A stretch of DNA of 64,000 nt from Gemmatimonadaceae bacterium (GTDB lineage Bacteria; Gemmatimonadota; Gemmatimonadetes; Gemmatimonadales; Gemmatimonadaceae): positions 160,001 to 224,000 of the forward strand of contig JBJMOW010000006.1 in the NCBI GenBank assembly GCA_045803545.1. The letters run 5' to 3'. Within the stretch, counting starts at the first letter, position 1. Every line of letters starts with the position of its first letter. The translations under genes were made by a program, and so were the position numbers. Of the stretch, positions 57,158 through 64,000 are shown in pieces. The notes under the pieces are model-generated. The model did no database searches and was not told the origin of the DNA. It worked only from the letters and a program-made list of their open reading frames with translations.

Positions 57158-57282
57158 CACCGCGTATTTCTGTCAGAGAAATGTCAGCAAAGCTGCAAGC
57201 AGCTGTTTAAGCGTGACAGGGATGGGCTGCGTTCCTATCTTGGCCACGTAAGGCGGCTGAATTCCACCTCAATCCAGGGAAA

Positions 57283-57957
57283 ATGATTCTCATCGGACTG
57301 ACCGGAAACATCGCCAGCGGCAAGTCGGAAGTCGCCCGCATGCTCTCCGAGCGCGGCGCGACATTGATCGACGCCGATGTGCTCTCCCGCGAGGCAGTCG
57401 AGCCTGATACCCAGGCGCTCAAGGACATCGTCAAGCGTTGGGGAAAGGATGTACTCAAGAGTGACGGCAGCCTCGACCGAGGCGCGCTTCGTCAAATCGT
57501 GTTCGCGGATCAGAACGAGCTGGACGCACTCAATCGAATCGTTCATCCGGGAGTGACCCGACTTCGGGATCGTGAGATTGCAAAGGCGCGGGAGCGTGGA
57601 GACGACCTGGTCGTCTGCGTGATCCCGCTTCTTTTTGAGCGCAACCTTGTCGATGAGTTCGACTCGATCGTACTCGTTGATGCCCCGCGACCGCTGCGCC
57701 TCGAGCGGCTGGTGAGAACGCGCGGTCTCGATGAGACCGACGCGATGAACATGATCGTTTCGCAAATGCCCGCCGAGCTCAAGCGCGCGCGCGCCGACTA
57801 CGTTATCGAGAATAACGGTTCACTGAAGGACCTGGAGCGCGATGTCGACGAGCTCTGGAGCTCTCTTCACGTCGATGCTCAAGAGTCCGCCGCGCCGATA
57901 ATAGAGCTGACTGCGGGGTTCGAGCCGAGCCCCGCGCCCGCAGCGCAGCTTTCTTGA
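57283..57957 (+). CDS. coaE: Dephospho-CoA kinase
   Basis: GLTGNIASGKS, IDAD, LNRIVHP, IPLLFE and ADYVIEN motifs. Confidence 0.96.
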   Translation: MILIGLTGNIASGKSEVARMLSERGATLIDADVLSREAVEPDTQALKDIVKRWGKDVLKSDGSLDRGALRQIVFADQNELDALNRIVHPGVTRLRDREIAKARERGDDLVVCVIPLLFERNLVDEFDSIVLVDAPRPLRLERLVRTRGLDETDAMNMIVSQMPAELKRARADYVIENNGSLKDLERDVDELWSSLHVDAQESAAPIIELTAGFEPSPAPAAQLS

Positions 57958-58024
57958 CTCCGTTTCAGGACGCCGATTAGACTTCGCGCCCTGAACTGGG
58001 CGCGACTCTATCAGCGGAGAATTT

Positions 58025-58408
58025 GTGGCAAACGTCCCTGGCGATCTCAACTACACCGAAGAGCACGAGTACGTGCGCAAGGGTAAGGACGGCAACGTCG
58101 AGATCGGAATTACCGACTACGCTCAGGGTGAGCTTGGCGACGTCGTGTACATCGAGCTGCCGAAAGTTGGCGCAAAGTTCAATAAGCACGATGTGTTCGG
58201 CACGATCGAGGCGGTCAAGGCAGTCTCGGAGCTATTCTCGCCAATTTCCGGCGAAGTCGTCGCGATCAACGACCGCCTCGACAAGGAGCCGGCGCTCGTC
58301 AACTCGGACCCTTATGGTGCGGGTTGGATGATCCGGATCAAGCCGAGCAATCAATCAGAGATCAGCGCGCTAATGGATTCCGGCGCCTACGGTAAGCACA
58401 TCGGGTAG
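58025..58408 (+). CDS. gcvH: Glycine cleavage system H protein
   Basis: GITDYAQGELGDVV, IEAVKAVSE (lipoyl Lys) and NSDPYGAGW motifs. Confidence 0.97.
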   Translation: MANVPGDLNYTEEHEYVRKGKDGNVEIGITDYAQGELGDVVYIELPKVGAKFNKHDVFGTIEAVKAVSELFSPISGEVVAINDRLDKEPALVNSDPYGAGWMIRIKPSNQSEISALMDSGAYGKHIG

Positions 58409-58987
58409 TTAGTCGCAGTGCGGCATTGTTTCTAGTTTACCCACCGCTTGCGAAATGGGGTGCGTGGCAAATTCCTCCTGAGTCTTCGCAGCCAGTGCGT
58501 CCGCGGCGTGAAGGCTGGTCGTGTCGACCGAAAACAAGTTGTCGAAGCCGTACATCCGAACCAGCAGAACACGAGTCTTTGCTCCACCAACGTCAAAAGG
58601 CTCGAACCGCAACATTCTCACATAGTCGCAGACCGCGCTGCGAAGCTCACTGGGCGAGGAATTGATGAACGTGACTGTCTGCTGCTCTACACGGCCAGTC
58701 GTATCGATTACAAATGCAACAACGGGGAAGCCGATTGGGCCTCGTCCGTCCCGTCGAATAGGGTAACGCGGCCCGGGACGCATATGCACCGTGGTATCCC
58801 GACGGAGGCCGGTTGGATCACCGGTAATCCCGTCGGGATCGCGAAAGCGATGCGTCTGGATGGTCACTGAGTTGTTCTGCAGCGTGGTCGTCGTCTGAGC
58901 CAGTAAAGCGCTCCTCGGCGCCGTGATCTCAGAGAGCAGCAACCCGGCGGCGGCCAGCAGGCAGCAGACCGTTCCTCTCTTAGTCAA
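58409..58987 (-). CDS. Exported TonB C-terminal-like domain protein
   Basis: Signal peptide; PRYP...[12 protein letters not shown]...[16 protein letters not shown] start overlaps the gcvP stop. Confidence 0.6.
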   Translation of the reverse strand: MTKRGTVCCLLAAAGLLLSEITAPRSALLAQTTTTLQNNSVTIQTHRFRDPDGITGDPTGLRRDTTVHMRPGPRYPIRRDGRGPIGFPVVAFVIDTTGRVEQQTVTFINSSPSELRSAVCDYVRMLRFEPFDVGGAKTRVLLVRMYGFDNLFSVDTTSLHAADALAAKTQEEFATHPISQAVGKLETMPHCD

Positions 58988-61887
58988 GCCTCTGCTTCGA
59001 CGTACGAATCGGTGGGCGGACAGGAACAAATAAGATTCCGATCCCCATAAGCCGATTCAACCCGCGCCACCGCCGGCCAGAACTTGAAGTCGTGCGTCCA
59101 CGCCGCCGGAAATGCGGCGCGCTCGCGCGTGTATGGATGCGTCCACGCAGATGCTGTAACGCGACTCACCGGATGCGGCGCGTTCTTTAGCACGTTGTCC
59201 TGACGATCGGCCTCGCCGCTCTCGATCTCATTTATCTCCTCGCGAATCGAGATCATCGCCTCGCAGAATCGATCGAGCTCCTCCTTCGGCTCGCTCTCTG
59301 TCGGCTCGATCATCAGCGTGCCCGGAACCGGAAACGACACCGTCGGCGCGTGGAATCCGTAATCCATTAGCCGTTTGGCGATATCTTCGACGTCGACCCC
59401 GCTCGCCTGCTTCACTACGCGCGTGTCGATGATGCACTCGTGCGCGATCGTTCCGTGCGCGCCTTTGTACAGCACCGGGAACGAGGCCTCGAGACGCTTC
59501 GCGATGTAGTTCGCGTTGAGAATCGCGATCTTGCTCGCGAACCCCAGCCCTTCGCCTCCCATAAGCTTGATATAAGCGAGTGAGATCGGAAGAATACTTG
59601 CGCTGCCCCATGGCGCTGCCGACACGGCGCCAACCTGGTCGCGACCATCGAGACGTACCACCGGATGCCCGGGGAGGAACGGCACCAGATGCTTCGCCAC
59701 TCCGATCGGCCCCATCCCCGGTCCGCCGCCGCCGTGCGGAATGCAGAAGGTCTTGTGGAGATTGAGGTGGCAGACGTCAGCGCCAATGTCCGACGGCCGG
59801 CAGAGTCCCACCATTGCATTCATGTTGGCGCCGTCCATGTAGACCTGCCCGCCGTACTTGTGCACGACCTCGCAGATCTCGACGATCGACTCCTCGAACA
59901 CACCGTGGGTCGACGGATAAGTGACCATCAACGCCGCCAGATTGAGCGCGTGCTCCGCCGCCTTCGCTCTCAAATCAGCGACGTCGATATTACCGCGGTC
60001 ATCGGTTTTCACGACGACCACCCGCATTCCCGCCATCACCGCGCTCGCCGGATTCGTACCGTGCGCGGACTGTGGAATCAGGCAGATGTTGCGGTGCGCT
60101 TCGTTTCTCGACGCATGATAGGCATGGATCACCAGCAATCCCGCCAACTCGCCCTGTGATCCTGCGTTTGGCTGCAGCGACACCGCGGCGAATCCGGTGA
60201 TCTCAGCGAGCGCACTCTCCAGCTCATCGAACAGCTGTCGATAGCCATCGGTCTGATCGAGCGGCGCGAAAGGATGGATCTTCGCGAAGCCGGGCCACGT
60301 GATCGGCATCATCTCCGCTGTCGCGTTGAGCTTCATCGTGCACGAGCCGAGCGGAATCATCGAGTGAACCAGCGACAGATCACGCGACTGCAGCTTGTTC
60401 ATGTAGCGAAGCATCTCGGTCTCAGCGTGATGCTTGTTGAACACCGGATGCGTCAGGAACGGCGTCGTGCGATTGAACCGCTCGTCGTACCGCGTGTCTG
60501 CGTTGAGCGCGAGATCATCGACGCCGAAATCAGGATCCTTTCCGCCATTGAAAGCAGCAAGGAGGTTTGCGATGTCGTCGTCCTTCACCGTCTCGTCGAG
60601 CGCGATGCAGATCGTCCGATCCTCCATGAACCGAACATTGATCCGGCGGCCCTGCGCCTCATCGATGATCGACTGGGCGTTGCGCTTGCCCACCGCGACA
60701 CGGATGGTGTCGAAGAAATCGTCGTGGACGATGGTGAACCCAAGTCGACGCAGACCTTCGCTCAATGCCGCGGCGTAGCCGTGAGTCCGACGTGCGATCC
60801 GAGTCAGTCCCTGTGGTCCGTGATAAACGGCATACATGCTCGCCACCACCGCCAGCAGGACCTGCGCAGTGCAGACGTTGCTGGTGGCCTTCTCGCGCCG
60901 GATGTGCTGTTCGCGTGTCTGCAGCGCCATTCTCAGCGCGGGCTTGCCATCGGCATCCCGCGAAAGTCCGATGATGCGTCCCGGAATGTGTCGCTTGAAT
61001 TCGTCCCGCGTGGCGAAGTACGCCGCGTGTGGGCCGCCGTAGCCGAGCGGAACGCCAAACCGCTGGGTATTGCCGACGACGATGTCGGCTCCCCACTCGC
61101 CGGGCGGAGTCAGCAACACAAGGCTGAGAATGTCCGCCGCAACTGTGACCAGCGCGTCCTTGGAGTGAGCCTGTTCGACCGTCTTGCTGTAGTCGCACAC
61201 AGCGCCATCGGTCGACGGATATTGGAGGAGGACACCGAACACGTCAGCCGTGATTCTGAAATCCTCGAACGGCGTGACGCGCACCTGAATACCGCGTACA
61301 CCTGCTCGCGTCTTCACCACATCGATCGTTTGCGGGTGACACTCTGCCGCGACGAGGAAGACTTCTTTGCCTTCCTTGCCCTTGAGGGCGTAGCTCATCG
61401 TCATCGCTTCAGCCGCCGCCGTCGCCTCGTCCAACAGTGATGCGTTGGCGATTTCCATCGCCGTCAGATCCATCACCATCGTCTGAAAATTGAGCAGAGC
61501 TTCCAGGCGTCCTTGTGCGATCTCGGCCTGATAGGGGGTATACGCCGTGTACCACCCTGGGTTCTCGATGATGTTGCGCTGAATCACCGGCGGCGTGACG
61601 GTGTCGGAGTAGCCCATGCCGATGAAGGAGCGGAAGACCTGATTCTTGGCGGCAAGAGCGCGGAAGTAGGTCAACACCTCGGCCTCGGTGAGGCCCATTG
61701 GCAGCTCCAGCGGCTGACGCGCCCGGATATTCCTCGGAACCGTCGCATCTATTAGCGCATCGAGCGAGGGAAAGCCGATAAACTTCACCATCTCGGCCAC
61801 GTCTCGCTCGTCGGGTCCTACGTGTCTTGGAATGAACGATTCCGCGGGCGGAATCGCGGTTTCAACGTGCTTGATTGTGGTACTCAT
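58984..61887 (-). CDS. gcvP: Glycine dehydrogenase (decarboxylating), P protein
   Basis: [34 protein letters not shown] and HLNLHKTF (PLP Lys) motifs. Confidence 0.98.
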   Translation of the reverse strand: MSTTIKHVETAIPPAESFIPRHVGPDERDVAEMVKFIGFPSLDALIDATVPRNIRARQPLELPMGLTEAEVLTYFRALAAKNQVFRSFIGMGYSDTVTPPVIQRNIIENPGWYTAYTPYQAEIAQGRLEALLNFQTMVMDLTAMEIANASLLDEATAAAEAMTMSYALKGKEGKEVFLVAAECHPQTIDVVKTRAGVRGIQVRVTPFEDFRITADVFGVLLQYPSTDGAVCDYSKTVEQAHSKDALVTVAADILSLVLLTPPGEWGADIVVGNTQRFGVPLGYGGPHAAYFATRDEFKRHIPGRIIGLSRDADGKPALRMALQTREQHIRREKATSNVCTAQVLLAVVASMYAVYHGPQGLTRIARRTHGYAAALSEGLRRLGFTIVHDDFFDTIRVAVGKRNAQSIIDEAQGRRINVRFMEDRTICIALDETVKDDDIANLLAAFNGGKDPDFGVDDLALNADTRYDERFNRTTPFLTHPVFNKHHAETEMLRYMNKLQSRDLSLVHSMIPLGSCTMKLNATAEMMPITWPGFAKIHPFAPLDQTDGYRQLFDELESALAEITGFAAVSLQPNAGSQGELAGLLVIHAYHASRNEAHRNICLIPQSAHGTNPASAVMAGMRVVVVKTDDRGNIDVADLRAKAAEHALNLAALMVTYPSTHGVFEESIVEICEVVHKYGGQVYMDGANMNAMVGLCRPSDIGADVCHLNLHKTFCIPHGGGGPGMGPIGVAKHLVPFLPGHPVVRLDGRDQVGAVSAAPWGSASILPISLAYIKLMGGEGLGFASKIAILNANYIAKRLEASFPVLYKGAHGTIAHECIIDTRVVKQASGVDVEDIAKRLMDYGFHAPTVSFPVPGTLMIEPTESEPKEELDRFCEAMISIREEINEIESGEADRQDNVLKNAPHPVSRVTASAWTHPYTRERAAFPAAWTHDFKFWPAVARVESAYGDRNLICSCPPTDSYVEAEA

Positions 61888-61909
61888 AGGAGTGACAATT
61901 TAACACTCT

Positions 61910-62701
61910 ATGCACCCCCGGCGAAGCAATCGGCGCTGGCGCTTTCTCGTCGCGCCGCCGCGATCCGGCGCTGAAAATATGGCGCGAGATGTAGCGCTCC
62001 AGGCCCGTGCTGCGCGCACTGGCGAAGCGGTGTTCAGCATCTACACCTGGATGCGACCGACGCTGTCCTTCGGCCGCAATCAGACAGCCGCCGGCTTGTA
62101 CGATCTGGAAAGGATTCGCGCCGCCAAGATCGACGTGGTGCGTCGGCCGACCGGCGGACGCGCGATCCTTCATCACCGCGAAGTGACCTATAGCGTTACG
62201 GCGCCAATCGAAGACGAAAGCCTGCACGCCACCTACTCCGCCATCAATCGCATCTTGCAGCTGGGGCTGAGCACTCTGGGTGTTCTTGTCGAGGTCGCTG
62301 CCGGATCGCCCCGCGCCGAGGCTCCTGATATCAGACCGTGCTTCGAGACGCCGGCGAAGGGCGAGCTTGTTGCCGACGGCGCCAAGCTCGTTGGCAGCGC
62401 ACAGTGGCGTGAAAACGGTGCGTTGTTGCAACACGGCTCCATCCTCGTCGATGATGACCAGTCGTCACTTCTCGACCTCTCGGTCAAACCGGTCGAAAGC
62501 GAGAGCTGGAGGCCGCCTGCTTCGTTGCAGTCGCTGCTCGGCCGTGCTCCGGATGCAGCGGAGGTCGCCATCGCGATGCGTGATGCGGTGCGATCGCTCG
62601 AGGATGCGGAGTTGACCGATCTGGACGAACGCGAAGTGCGCGCGGCTATGTTCGAGCGCGTCCCGCAATTTCTCGACGAGGGGTGGACATGGCGGCGGTG
62701 A
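61910..62701 (+). CDS. Lipoate-protein ligase/octanoyltransferase (LplA/LipM family)
   Basis: NMARD, RRPTGGRAILH, KLVGSAQ and LQHGSI motifs. Confidence 0.92.
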   Translation: MHPRRSNRRWRFLVAPPRSGAENMARDVALQARAARTGEAVFSIYTWMRPTLSFGRNQTAAGLYDLERIRAAKIDVVRRPTGGRAILHHREVTYSVTAPIEDESLHATYSAINRILQLGLSTLGVLVEVAAGSPRAEAPDIRPCFETPAKGELVADGAKLVGSAQWRENGALLQHGSILVDDDQSSLLDLSVKPVESESWRPPASLQSLLGRAPDAAEVAIAMRDAVRSLEDAELTDLDEREVRAAMFERVPQFLDEGWTWRR

Positions 62702-64000
62702 AGTACACGAGCGTCCTTTGCGCGCTGTTGCTTTGCGGGTGCGGCGGTGAGTCGGGCAGGACTGCCGGTGGAACAGTCGCGATCGCCGCGGGCAGCGACC
62801 CGGGCACGTTCATTCCTGCGCTTGTACAGACGACGACGGCCGCCGAAATCGTGGACATGGTTTACGACAGACTCGCCGATATCGGAGACTCGCTGAACAT
62901 CGTCGGCGATCGTGGCTTCACGCCAAGACTCGCCGACCGCTGGACCTGGTCCCGCGATTCACTAAGCATCGCGTTCCACCTCAACCCGAACGCGAAGTGG
63001 CACGACGGCCAGCCGGTGCGCTCGAACGATGTCCGCTTCACAATCGCCACTACCAAAGATTCGTCGCTCGCCGCACCTACTGCGTCCGTCATCACGAATG
63101 TCGACTCGGTCAGCACGCCAGACTCCGCCACCGCAGTCTTCTGGTTTCATACGCGCTCGCCACAGCAGTTCTACGACGCGGTGTTTCAGAATCCAATCAT
63201 ACCCGAACACGTCTGGAAAAACGTGGCCCCCGCCGCCTGGCGCGCCGCCGCGCAAGCTAAAAATCCGATTGGCTCCGGGCGCTATCGTTTCGTACGCTGG
63301 ATTCCTTCAGTGGCCGTCGAGCTAGCCGCGGATACAGCGAATTATCGAGGAGCCCCGAAGATCAGGAGGTTGATCTGGAGCATTGCTCCCGACTTCAACA
63401 CCTTGCTCACCCGCTTCGTCGGCGGTGAGATAGACGTGTTCGAAAACCTGCGACCTGAGAATGTCGCCGCGGTTCAGAAGCAGGGCCTCGGTGTCAAGCT
63501 CAATCCGTGGCTCGCCTACACCTTCATGGCCTTTAATCTTCGCGATCCCGGCAACCACGATCGACCGCACCCCCTGTTTGGGAATCGCGATCTGCGTAGG
63601 GCGTTGACAATGGCGGTGGATAGAGGCGCGATCGTGCGCGCCGCTTTCGATACTCTCGCGCTGCCGGCGCTTGGTCCGACTGTGCGAGCGTATCCGTCGA
63701 CAGATCCTAAGATCACGCAAATTCCTTATGACCTGGCTGCTGCACGCAAGCTCCTCGACTCACTCGGCTGGCGCGTCTCGGGCAGCGATAGCATGCGCGT
63801 ACGCAGTCGCCGTCCCCTCCGATTCTCCATCTCGGTCCCAGCGACTAGCGCTTTACGCATAAAAATGGCGGTGCTGATTCAGGAACAGCTGCGGCACGCT
63901 GGTGTGCAGGTCGATGTCGAGCAGCTGGCGTTGCCGGCGATAATCGACAAGGCTGGCAAGCACACCTTCGATGCCATCATCGGTCAGTGGAACACCCAAC
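62698..64000 (+). CDS. Peptide/nickel ABC transporter substrate-binding lipoprotein (3' truncated by the window edge)
   Basis: Frame from GTG 62698: lipobox LCGC, PRLADRW, KWHDGQPV...DVRFT, PIGSGRY and RRALTMAVDR; no stop before the window end. Confidence 0.9.
   Translation, partial: MKYTSVLCALLLCGCGGESGRTAGGTVAIAAGSDPGTFIPALVQTTTAAEIVDMVYDRLADIGDSLNIVGDRGFTPRLADRWTWSRDSLSIAFHLNPNAKWHDGQPVRSNDVRFTIATTKDSSLAAPTASVITNVDSVSTPDSATAVFWFHTRSPQQFYDAVFQNPIIPEHVWKNVAPAAWRAAAQAKNPIGSGRYRFVRWIPSVAVELAADTANYRGAPKIRRLIWSIAPDFNTLLTRFVGGEIDVFENLRPENVAAVQKQGLGVKLNPWLAYTFMAFNLRDPGNHDRPHPLFGNRDLRRALTMAVDRGAIVRAAFDTLALPALGPTVRAYPSTDPKITQIPYDLAAARKLLDSLGWRVSGSDSMRVRSRRPLRFSISVPATSALRIKMAVLIQEQLRHAGVQVDVEQLALPAIIDKAGKHTFDAIIGQWNTQ

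Overview
GC-rich, gene-dense bacterial chromosomal window with about 60 CDS. I saw no rRNA, tRNA, CRISPR array, transposase or integrase. The gene mix (SusC/SusD pair, many lipoproteins, GC-rich short repeats) suggests a Gemmatimonadota-like organism, but this is inference. Main blocks in order: the end of ligA; a V4R gene and a PRTase gene converging on a 226-bp inverted-repeat element; a TPR-ParA-lipoprotein-acyl-CoA ligase operon; cysK; an AAC(6')-I-like GNAT; an amino-sugar cluster (PIG-L deacetylase, APC permease, GH2 exo-beta-glucosaminidase, plus nearby GH3 and YdjC deacetylase); ligD; an unknown polytopic membrane protein plus vWA lipoprotein pair with a structured leader; susC-susD-DUF4397; a PTPS-II/folE/SDR/Trm112-like pterin operon downstream of an unannotated 6S-like ncRNA; ArsR-SRPBCC; MFS; a cNMP-TrxB-like fusion; a DksA-like gene; a GMC dehydrogenase pair; an archaeal-style lrp-nurA-herA-(exported protein)-mre11-rad50-GNAT operon divergent from a catalytically degenerate DEAD-box-like gene; tdk, coaE, gcvH/gcvP, a lipoate ligase and a truncated OppA. 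The most notable candidates are the NurA-HerA-Mre11-Rad50 operon, an in-frame palindromic heptamer-repeat insertion inside a signal peptide in that operon, the pseudo-helicase, the 6S-like RNA, the BH4-like pterin operon and the vWA/membrane pair. All family calls come from motif recognition by eye; no database searches were run.
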